A stretch of 62,997 bases of DNA, filler included, from Folioceros fuciformis (lineage: Eukaryota), in the NCBI GenBank assembly GCA_049999805.1. It is 4 parts of 3 records of this genome, joined end to end, with 100 filler letters (N's around TTAATTAATTAA, not from the genome) between each part and the next. Parts side by side here need not be neighbours in the genome. Positions count along the whole stretch, not along the records: positions 27,967 to 56,015 come from JBNGIO010006173.1; positions 56,116 to 61,397 come from JBNGIO010006182.1; positions 61,498 to 62,997 come from JBNGIO010006202.1; 1 more part is not named here. One strand, given 5' to 3'. The position numbers and the translations under genes are program-made. The notes under the pieces are model-generated. The model was not told the origin of the DNA, did no database searches, and worked only from the letters and a program-made list of their open reading frames with translations. Below are positions 53,634 through 62,997 of the stretch, in pieces. Position 1 is the first letter of the stretch. Each line of letters starts with the position of its first letter.

Positions 53634-55833
53634 ATGGGGTGGGCGGAGTCTGTTTGGGCTGTCATCGCAATACTTGTGTTCGGCTCGGTAGGGATCTATG
53701 TGCTGGGATTTAACGTACGCCAGCTTCGGAGCCAGGCAAAAGGCAGGTTGAAGGAGCTGCCTCCCGGCACAACAGGATGGCCAATAATTGGAGAGTCCTT
53801 GAAGTACAACAAGGCCTTCAAGACAGAAAACCCTTTCATTTTCTACAAGGAGCGCTGCACCAAGTCAGCCATCACCATCCTAGCGCCATTTGTCTTCCCT
53901 GCTGGTCCATAGAGGCACTGTGCTGACTAGAAACTATTTGATTTCTCTGTAGGTGGGGAGAGATCTTTTTGACGCACATCTTTGGATCGCCGGTGATTGC
54001 CGTCGTTTCTCCAGAGCTTGTGAAACAGGTGCTTTCCCAAGAAAATTCTGTCTTCGGAGCCAGCTATCCGACCTACGCCAAGCGATTGATGGGCACTTAT
54101 TCTATGATCCACCTGCATGGGGATAGCCACAAGCGCATGCGGCGTCTAATGCAGCCCTTCCTCCAGCCGGACAAGCTGAAAGCCTTCATGGGTACAATTG
54201 AGAGTTTGATCAAGACAAACCTGGAACAGTGTGAACAGCAGGGCGACTTCTTAGTCTATGGCTTGTGCAGGCAGGTAGATAATCCATAAAGCTGTGAAGA
54301 TTGCGGGAGTCCATTTCCTCTCGGTGATCATAGCATCCGGATCTGGCCTCCAGGCATGCACGGCTGACCTGACAATTGTTGCACATCCTTGTAGACTGCT
54401 TTTGACATCATTAACAAGATGATGATGAGCCGGGACAGGGGACCCGACTCTGCAGAAATGTTAAAAGACTTCGATATCTGGAGGTTAGGCATGAAAAGAT
54501 GGCCCCTCAATTTGCCTGGTTCAGCATACAATGCCGCCCTCAAGGTAGCTGCTATTATTTAGTCCGTTCTCCTTCAATCTTCTGAATCACCTCAAATTCT
54601 TGTCAAAGACGTTTTCTGCTAACTCTGGGACTGCAGGCTAGAGCCAGAATCGGGAGAGCAATTGAAAAGCTCTGTGCGGACAGAACACGAAACGGTAAGG
54701 TTGGAGCACATGGGGACTTGGTGGACACCCTTCTGACAGAACACAAGGAAGTGGGAGGGCCACCTTTGAGTAGGCAGCAAGTGGCGGACATGGTTTTCGT
54801 AACGCTCATAGGAGGCCTGGACACTTCAGCTACTACCATGAGTTTTTGCATGATGTTCCTCTTGCAGTACCCTGAGGTTCTTGACGAACTTCGGGTACGT
54901 CTATCTGTTTCATCCATCCTCCTTTCTTCCTGTCAATCTGCGTTAGCAGTTGGTGGGCTCTGCATGAACGCTGAAATGGAATTGAGTCGTGTCTGGACAG
55001 AGAGAGCACCAAGATTTGAGACAGAAGATTGGGGCTAACACTCCCCTGAGCTGGCATGACTTCAAAAGCTTACAATACACACAGAAGGTACTAGCCAGAT
55101 CTATCCAGACCCTACATTGAATGCAAAGCCCTGGAGCTTCACGCATGGGCTCTAGCAGTCATGGTTGAAGACACATCCCGTGTGTTGGTTACAGGTTATA
55201 GACGAAACACTGCGACTTGTGAATCCTGTTCCATCCTTGTTCCGGGCGCCACTCAGAGACACCATTCTTCAAGGCAGGTCAAAGGAATATGTGTCTGAAA
55301 AGTGATCGTGAAAGTGCAACTGAAGCTTACGGTGGTGTCGTTTGTCTACNNNNNNNNNNNNNNNNNNNNNNNNNNNNNNNNNNNNNNNNNNNNNNNNNNN
55401 NNNNNNNNNNNNNNNNNNNNNNNNNNNNNNNNNNNNNNNNNNNNNNNNNGTGGCAGGTAATCCCCCTTCCGTTTGCGTTCAGGAAAGTCCTCTTTTCACG
55501 GTTCAACATTTGATACTCGGCGTTTTCCAACAGTCGCAAAGGCAGCTCGGAGCCGGTGTGATTTTTCTACCCTTTGGATACGGAGCTCGATCTTGCATCG
55601 GAATGGACCTGGCCCGGATGGAAATTGCCTTGTTTCTTCACCACCTTGTTTCAAACTACAAGTAAGCTCTTCTTCCAACCAGAATATTCCCGACTTCCAT
55701 CAATCCTGCTCTAATTCTTGCCGTGGCCATTCGCTTCTACAGGTGGCAGGAAACAGCTCCTTTCTCTGTCACACACTTCCCCCTTGCCAGATTCACTGAT
55801 GGATTTCCGGCACGTCTCACTCGCCTGGACTGA
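53634..55833 (+). CDS. Cytochrome P450, CYP85-clan-like, 9 exons (one mostly inside the gap 55350-55449); apparent 1-nt frameshift in the last exon
   Basis: N-terminal TM, LPPGTTGWPIIGE, I-helix GGLDTSATT, ETLR, heme motif FGYGARSCIG; exon layout typical of the CYP85 clan. Confidence 0.88.
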
Positions 55834-56117
55834 ACCTTCACGGCAACAGAAGTACCCGAATAGCTCGATTCCCCAAAAACCAACCACCCTCAAGTAGAAG
55901 ATTTTATAATAAAATCCATCTAATCTACGCATCACTGACGGAATGGAATAATCTTGGGAAGAAGATAAAGAAAATAATTTACATGTTGCCGTTCAATCTA
56001 TGCTATAATCTACTGNNNNNNNNNNNNNNNNNNNNNNNNNNNNNNNNNNNNNNNNNNNNTTAATTAATTAANNNNNNNNNNNNNNNNNNNNNNNNNNNNN
56101 NNNNNNNNNNNNNNNAG

Positions 56118-56474
56118 TGTTACGCCCTTACGCATTCGGGATTCAGCATTCAATACAGCAACGAACTCCAGCGGGTCAGCAGTAACTACCGGACGCGGAT
56201 TGAGCTACTCCGCGATTGCCCCTGCTGACCTTGTCCCACCAAAGTGATTACGAAGGCTGCGCTTTACTCCCAAGCCCCAACGACCCGACAGCCGAACAGA
56301 CCACCCGCTCCCGCGATTTCCGGTTTCCCGCTCTCGGTTCCCAACCCAGTCGAATCAGCTACCNNNNNNNNNNNNNNNNNNNNNNNNNNNNNNNNNNNNN
56401 NNNNNNNNNNNNNNNNNNNNNNNNNNNNNNNNNNNNNNNNNNNNNNNNNNNNNNNNNNNNNNNAACGTAAGACA
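56118..56474 (-). mobile_element. Putative 3' LTR of a minus-strand Copia element, preceded by a short PPT (GAGGGAG, 56475-56481)
   Basis: Minus strand reads GAGGGAG|TGTCTTACG ... CGTAACA: TG..CA termini with an imperfect inverted repeat; contains a gap. Confidence 0.45.
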
Positions 56475-56863
56475 CTCCCTCGACAGCGTGGGAGCGTGGG
56501 AGCACAGGGATCTTGCGGTCCATCTCTGGATATACAGTATGTATAACATTCGCTCGGATCATTGATTGTTGGCGGCGGTAGATGAGGTACTCCGCCTTTT
56601 AGGCATTGCGTACCGTGTGCAACCTCTCCAGTTGCTACAGTTACTAACTAATGCAGCTCTCCTCCCGCGGGATGCTCCGCAGATTCTGAAACATTGCCAG
56701 GCAATCGGGGTAGGGGGGACACACGATACGATAAGAAAATTTGGGTACCTTTGTGGAATGAAAGCCAATGGTTAGGAAAGGCTGAGGGACCACACAACAC
56801 TCCTATGCAATATGGGGTATATGCACAAGAACATGCACACAGTTTACGCCTAGTGACACTTGG

Positions 56864-56985
56864 GCAGGATGACGTTCCCATAAAAATTCAATGCACTTAC
56901 GCAGGATGACGTTCCCATAAACAGTCAATGCACCGGGGCAGGATGACGTTCCCATAAACATTCAAGGATGACGTTCCCATAAAAA
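56864..56985. repeat. Four copies of (gc)aggatgacgttcccataaa
   Basis: Copies start at ~56864, 56901, 56938 and 56965. Confidence 0.9.
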
Positions 56986-57595
56986 TTCGATAAAGAGAGC
57001 GTGCAGAATATTCTGCTAGCCTCTCTTCAGCTAGGAGAATTCCAGGGAAGAGTTGATAGACCAGATGTTTTCGGGTATAGAAGGATCGTTGAAAACAGGA
57101 CTCTTTCAGGGCTGGCTGCAGCCTGCAGGTGTTGGCTGCCCCTGTTCCATGGAGGGCTATCGTGGCCAGGTACGAGGAGGGCCTAAACTTGTATTCAGAA
57201 TTTCACGAGCAGAGGGCCGCAATGCTGGGTATGACCCTTCGCCACAGGACTAATCGTTTCGCAGGCTGTGACCGTTGTGACCAGCAGGGAATTTGTAGGA
57301 CTACCAAAATCACAGGTTCAAGAGTAGGTTGCTGCTTCGAACCCCTCGACTAGTAAGATCTGACTTAACGTTTCGAGAGGATTAACTATTTGTTCTGAGC
57401 AGGTGGAGATTGATGGCTGCCTGTTGAATCCTTCCTAACTACTGTCTGGTTGCTGGGAAGTCGTACGCTGCATTGGCATCGTCAAGTCACGATGGACCCC
57501 TGAGTGGCCAAAGCATACATCTCCTTCCTCTCTCTTAGGATGTTGGCGTAGTTCCCATTCGTGGATGGAACTATCCCCTTCTCTGCAAGCAAGCG

Positions 57596-57880
57596 CGAGA
57601 CCACTGACACGAAGTCGTTTATTGCAGCCTGATGCCTGCTTTCTGCATCTGCTGTTACAGCTGCGACGCCATCCCTCCTGCGATTTCTAAGCATACCCTC
57701 CAGCTACGCCAGCCCACAACACTGCACCAGGCAGTGTCAAACAATCAAAGACCTGTCTGCATCCTCTGAGCTCCCACACTTTGCATACAGACTACCCAGA
57801 CGGATACCAACAAAGAGACTTTAATGCCCTTACAGGAGCTGCGGCATGCAATACCTTCCCCTAGTGTAGCAGCTCCACCT
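57596..57880 (-). pseudogene. Decayed PLS-class PPR gene fragment
   Basis: Frameshifted pieces GKVLHAA, LYAKCGSSEDA / QVFDCLTLPGAVLWAGVAGGYA*, QQMQKAGIRL, FVSVV follow the MYAKCGSLEDAxxVFD..W..GYA..MQ..G PLS consensus. Confidence 0.7.
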
Positions 57881-58065
57881 TCTGCCCAACTGTGAGATGT
57901 CCATCCCCAGACACTTGCATCTCAAGCTTGAGGAACAAAGGAACACGTTTTGCAGCCGCCTTTGCCCAAGACATGATTTGCAGAGTGCTCTGTGGAAAAT
58001 GTCTTGCAACTTTCAAGAACTTGACTCTTGCACCTAGCTCTTGAAGGCCCGCTCACTGCTCGAGT

Positions 58066-58678
58066 CTACCTCAGACTCTTGGCTAAACCTTCAAAGCTCC
58101 TTGCCAGCTGCTCTCCGTTGATGCAGACCTCACACTTCCCAGCACCGGCGGCTGCCATCCTCTGCAATGTCTCCTCATCCTTTTTTTCTGATTTCTGAAC
58201 GGAAGCGTATCGTGTGGAAGACGAGATATTTGTCGCCGTCTTTCATCGTCTTTACCATGGCCACCGGATCCGTCAGACCGCAATGTGCACCGCCGCTCAG
58301 GAAGATAACAGAAGTATGCTTGCCTAGTGTGGATGCATCCGCAGAAGCTCGCTCTAGAATCCCGTGTACCGAATCCAGACCGCATGAGTAGATAGCGCCT
58401 CCACGGATCTTGGACTATGACGGAAGACCGTTTGGAAGGTTCGCACAAATGAGCGCTCTCTCCACGGCGATGAACGCTCGCTGGCGGAAGAGGACAATGG
58501 ACACGACATCGGGCTGACCATCCGCAACCCGAGTCCGGATGAAGCCGGTGTCGGCTTCGCACACGCATCCCAGCCGATTGCTGAGGGAGACTGCTGAATT
58601 AGCCAGTCTTGGCTTCACATCTGTTGAGCCCATGCGGTAGGACCTGTGGATGACAGAATACGAGGTGACAAGGAGCAT
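58066..58678 (-). pseudogene. Decayed von Willebrand factor A (vWA) domain gene fragment
   Basis: SVIHRSYRM (degenerate DxSxS), NRLGCVCEA..FIRTR, DVVSIVLF, GGAIYSCGL, VIFLSGG, FHTIRF, LQRMAAAGAG..LARSFEGLA; in-frame stop at 58415-58417 and a frameshift near the T-run at 58181-58187. Confidence 0.65.
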
Positions 58679-58820
58679 TTTTCATCGCGTTACAGCCACC
58701 GGCATGACCCTTCTTCGTCCCAGACTCTTTCTTATCTATGGATCCTGTACTCTTGATAGAACTCTGCCCGTGCTTCTCGGGGTTAGGAATGCAAGGATTA
58801 GGCCTTTATAGAGAAGTCAT

Positions 58821-59030
58821 ACAATGTTCCTACACCTACACAAGGGAACATAAGTGTGCTACAATGTTCCTACACAAGGGAACATAAGTGTGCTACAATG
58901 TTCCTACGCAATGGAACATAAGTGTGCTACAATGTTCCTACACAATGGAACATAAGTGTGCTAGGCACACTTCTACAAGAAAATAACATATAAGTCTGCT
59001 AGGCACACTTCTACAAGAAAATGGTACACA
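58821..59030. repeat. 34-nt tandem repeat (4 copies) followed by two ~38-nt derivatives
   Basis: acaatgttcctacacaa(g/t)ggaacataagtgtgct; each unit holds the inverted repeat atgttcc...ggaacat. Confidence 0.92.
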
Positions 59031-59439
59031 AGCCTACACACAAGTATATACAACTTGGTATGCTATAAAGCGGAGCAAGATGCTAGATTGAGCTATGATG
59101 ATTGAAATACTTAAGCGAGAACATTGTACATATAGTGTCCGGATGCGGTTGTAACCGCACTACTGTCGAGTGCTAGCGTAACCGGCAGAATTGCTCTTCA
59201 GCAACTAAAACATTTATCTACCTATGCATGAAACGTACCCTAATAAGTCTTGGTGCTAAAGCCCAATCCGTGGCGCAAGAGTTTCTACTCCAACACTCTC
59301 CCTAGTTGCAGATTCCAGCTTGCTGTGATGGCGTCGATCTCCCACACTTGTCTCAACCTCATCCTCGATCTTCCTGGTGCAGAGGTGGAAGGTCGAAGTA
59401 GCAGAAGCAGGATGCTAGTAGTGGTGGAGCAGAGTCGTG

Positions 59440-61022
59440 CTATCGGAATTGAGGAGCTCCCCCTTTGTGTGCACTGGCAATTGCGAAGGGAATGCTCACA
59501 TAAAATCCTCTGCTCACCAGTCCAATGCCTTCAGTATGCTTGTCATGAAGTGGCTTGGGTAGGCCCTTTGTCAGCAGATCGGCGGTGTTGCCATTCGTGT
59601 TGATGTAACTTAAGGCGACTTGCTCATTGGCCACCACTTGCCGAATGAAGTGGTGCTGGATCTCCACGTGCTTGGTCCTTGCGTGCAGCACAGGGTTGAG
59701 TGTCATAGCTATGGCCGATAGATTGTCGCAAAATAGCTGTGTGGGCTGATTCTGGTCATCGCCTATGTCGTGTAGGAATTGCCTCACCCACTGAATCTCT
59801 TTGGCTGCCAACATTGTTGCCGTGTACTCCGCTTCCGTTGATGAAGTACAGATTGTTTGCATCTTCTTACACGCCCACGACACTGTACAGCCGTTGATGG
59901 CTGTGCAATAGGCTGCTGTAGATCTTCTCGCATCTGGATTTGCCGCCCAATCTGCGTCTGAGAACGAGATTAGAGTGAGCTTGGTAGAGCGGTCACATAT
60001 GTAGAGGAGTCCAAAGGGCTTGGTCTTCTTTAGGTAGCGAAGGATGCGCTTGACGTAGGTCTAGTGAGCCTTCCCTAGGTTCGACAGATATCTGGATACC
60101 ACATTCATAGCTTGTGCAACGTCGGGTCTTGTCCAGATTGAGAGGTAAAGTAGGCTGCCTATTGCCTCGTTGTATAGGATGGCAGACATCTCCATTGATT
60201 CTTCAGGTGTACTGGGTCAATCTGCTGTAGATACCTTCTCTCCTGATGCCACTAGAGTTGATACTAGCTTCGCGTCCTTCATGTTGAATCTCTCCAGCAT
60301 TTGATTTACATAATGTTCTTGATGGATGAAGAAAGAGTGGTCCTCCTTGTTGTGTTCGAACTGTACCCCTAGCGCATACCGTAGGGGTCCCATGTCTACA
60401 ACGTCATACTCCTTTGACAAGAGGTCTTTTACATACTTGATAATCTCGGGACTGTCTCCAAAAGCGAAGTTGTCGTCAACGAACATTGTAGCTATCACGA
60501 ACTCGTCCTTTGTTCTTAGAATGTAGAAGTTGGTGTCGGAGATTGAGGGGAATGAAACCTCACTTCTTCATGTATGTGTCTACAGTTTCGTTCAATACTT
60601 GTGTAGATTGCTTAAGTTCGTAAGTAGACTTGAGGAGTTGGCACACTTTTCTGCTGTCCTTGATGAAGCCTACTGGTTGAAGCATATAGATATCTTCGTG
60701 TAGTGTGCCATAAAAGAATGCCGTTTTGAAGCATATAGGTATCTTTGTGTAGTGTGCCATACAAGAATGCCGTTTTTACATCTACCTAGTGGATGTGTAG
60801 GTGATGATGGGCTGCAAAGGCTAGCAGGATCCTGATTGAGGTTGCCTTCACCACAAGGCTGAACAGTCTATTCTCCTCATAATCAAAGCCTAGTACCTGG
60901 GTGAAGCCACGAGCTACCAGCCTGGATTTGTATCTCGAAATAGTTCCATCGGGGTTGAGTTTTCTTTTGAAGGTCCATTTACAAGAGATTGTTTTGCGTC
61001 CAGCAGGCATGTCGGTGAGCTT
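59440..61022 (-). mobile_element. Degenerate Ty1/Copia reverse transcriptase + RNase H
   Basis: ISCKWTFKRK..RYKSRLVARGFTQ, KTAFFYGTLHEDIYMLQP, MFVDD, DADWAA, SSTEAEY, CDNLSAIA..NPVLHARTKHVEI, ADLLTKGL; multiple stops and frameshifts. Confidence 0.95.
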
Positions 61023-61316
61023 CCTGAAGGATCTCTACAGGAGCTACATGGTGAAGGAGGAGAAGAGGAGACAACGAGGAGAGGAAAAAGAGAGGTCAGA
61101 CTCTCACAATGAGTCTCGAAAGCAAGGGAGCTCAAGGGGGTATTTATACCCTCTAGAAGAGCTCCCTAGGAAGCTTCACAAAAAGCGCACAAGAAGTTGC
61201 GCAAGAAGCTTCCTACATATTAGCTTAAGGTAATCTAAACTAATGATACTTAACTAGACATTAATCTTAGTCTAAACACATTAGTCTAATTACATTGGGC
61301 CTTAATAACCCTACAC
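61023..61316 (-). mobile_element. LTR-like fragment abutting and truncating the RT
   Basis: RT homology stops at ~61022; minus strand shows a TGTAGGG start, a GGGTATAAATACCCC TATA context and a CT-rich R-like region. Confidence 0.45.
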
Positions 61317-61497
61317 TTCCAAGTATTATTGGCTATTAAGGAGCCATATTCGGACTGGACAGATGCTTTCCACTTGCATGTACTAAGGGCTTCTTCTNNN
61401 NNNNNNNNNNNNNNNNNNNNNNNNNNNNNNNNNNNNNNNNNTTAATTAATTAANNNNNNNNNNNNNNNNNNNNNNNNNNNNNNNNNNNNNNNNNNNN

Positions 61498-62926
61498 TAC
61501 TGCTCTAAGAAAGGGCATATAGCCCCAGAATGCAGAAAAAGGCAGCGTGACAGAGCTGCTGGAATATTTAATTCCCAAGGGAGTACCCCTAGCACATCTG
61601 CCTTAGCCACAAGTTCCAAAAATACTTACCTCTTTACTGCCACCTCTGCCTTGGCTACCAGCTCCATACTCCCAGATACTTGGCTCCTTGACTCTGGGGC
61701 CACTGAACATATGACACCAAGAAAGGATTGGTTTTCTGAATATTCTACTCTGGAAGTACCCCTACCTGTTCTCATGGGTGATGATTCTACTCATATGGCT
61801 GTGGGTCAGGAAACCATCCAAATACAAATACAAGACCTCATTGCTCATGTTAGAAACGTCCTACATGTTCCTGGATTATCCAAAAACCTACTTTCTGTGA
61901 ATCAAATCGTCAGTAACCCCAACTCCCAAGTTACCTTTAACCAGTATGGATGTCTGATCCATACAACTACCTCAGATGGCCACGCAAGATGTATACAGTG
62001 TCCTCGTACAGGGGGATTGTTTCCATTGGGCATCGGGATTTCTACACCTGCCCAACCAACGAGTGTAAGCCTCACTGCCAATCTGAACCACAATCTATCT
62101 GCTAGACTCTGGCACCTACGACTCGCCCACTTACACTTCCAAGGAATAAAACGTATGCAAGCTACACATATGGTCGAAGGTCTCCCTGAAAAATTTTCCA
62201 GTGATCTACCCTTATGTGAAGGTTGCTTGCTAGGCAAGCAGCATACTCAACCTTACCCTAGATCAGTGAGCACTACCACTAGTATTCTTGAACTCGTACA
62301 TGCTGACTTGTGTGGCCCTATGCAAACAGAATCCCTCACAGGCAAACTACACATGTTTGTCCTCTTGGACGATTTCAGTCATTACACATTTCTGTCCTTT
62401 CTACGGCACAAGTCAGAAGCCTTTGCCTCCTTCCAGATCTATAAAGCGTTAGTGGAAAACCAGACTGGGAAGCTCATCAAAATTCTTAGAACTGACAACG
62501 CAGGCGAACTTACTTCTCCTGCGTTCGAGGCCTATCTATCCACCCATGGTATTTTGCACCAAAAAATCGTGCCATATGCCCATGCCCAATTAGGCAAAGC
62601 GGAAAGAAGACATCGCTCTCTTATGGAGGCCACTAGGAGCTCTCTTGCCACAGCCGCTCTACCCAACGTCTTGTGGGCTGACGCTGCGGCAACTGCTTGC
62701 TATGTACAAAACCAATGTGGCACCTCCACCCTACCAGACAAGACGCCTTATGAAATCTGGACAGGTAGAAAGCCACAGGTCAGCCACCTTCGCATCTTTG
62801 GTTGTCCGGCTTACAAACATATTCCAACGGAAGGGCGTCGAAAATTAGATCACCGATCTGTGAGACTTACTTTCATTGGCTATGGCGAAAGTGAAAGGTT
62901 ACCGACTACTTGACAAAGCCACTCGG
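61498..62926 (+). mobile_element. Ty1/Copia gag-pol fragment (zinc knuckle, protease, GAG-pre-integrase, integrase)
   Basis: YCSKKGHIAPECRK, WLLDSGATEHM, LWHLRLAH..CEGCLLGKQH, LELVHADLCGPM, LRTDNAGE, GKAERRHRSL, HLRIFGCPAY. Confidence 0.96.
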
Positions 62927-62997
62927 TCACTTTCGCCATAGCCAATGAAAGGTGAAAGGTTACCGACTACTTGACAGAGCCACTCGCAGGGTTACCT

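Noticed and set aside
56864-56985. Repeat-spacer pattern resembling a mini-CRISPR
   Set aside because: Intervening segments are short, unequal and related to each other; an ordinary tandem repeat.
57129-57260. PPR-like phrase WRAIVARYEEGLNLY on the plus strand
   Set aside because: Too short and degenerate to call without a profile search.
59456-59466. AAAGGGGGAG purine tract after RNase H (Sirevirus-like PPT)
   Set aside because: Single copy and not followed by TG; insufficient for a lineage assignment.

Overview
Eukaryotic, gene-dense plant genomic DNA with short (~70-150 nt) introns. Three features point to a flagellate-sperm, non-seed land plant, most likely a hornwort such as Anthoceros (inference): a PAS-EDR1-kinase (ANR/ARK type), a flagellar EFHC1/Rib72 gene and extreme compactness. 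About 19 apparently intact protein genes lie in 1-55.9 kb, many in head-to-head pairs: ANR/ARK, EFHC1, ARID-ACD, CDT2, VAD1-like, CRAL-TRIO, EBP1, PRPS6, a Gly-rich protein, GCP1/OSGEPL1, TOM7, an unknown plastid-like membrane protein, RLF, NFS2, PLMT, mL53, EMC8/9, PRP4 and a CYP85-clan P450. The last 7 kb is Ty1/Copia debris carrying decayed vWA and PLS-PPR gene fragments. The window is a scaffold with several 100-nt gaps, three of which carry an artificial TTAATTAATTAA linker. Most notable: a 105-nt ungapped homology (80/105 identical) shared by the 5' leaders and first codons of the unrelated TOM7 and EMC8/9 genes; a U12-type intron in RLF; and host-gene fragments between a Copia pol and its putative 3' LTR. 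All identifications come from manual motif recognition; no searches were run.
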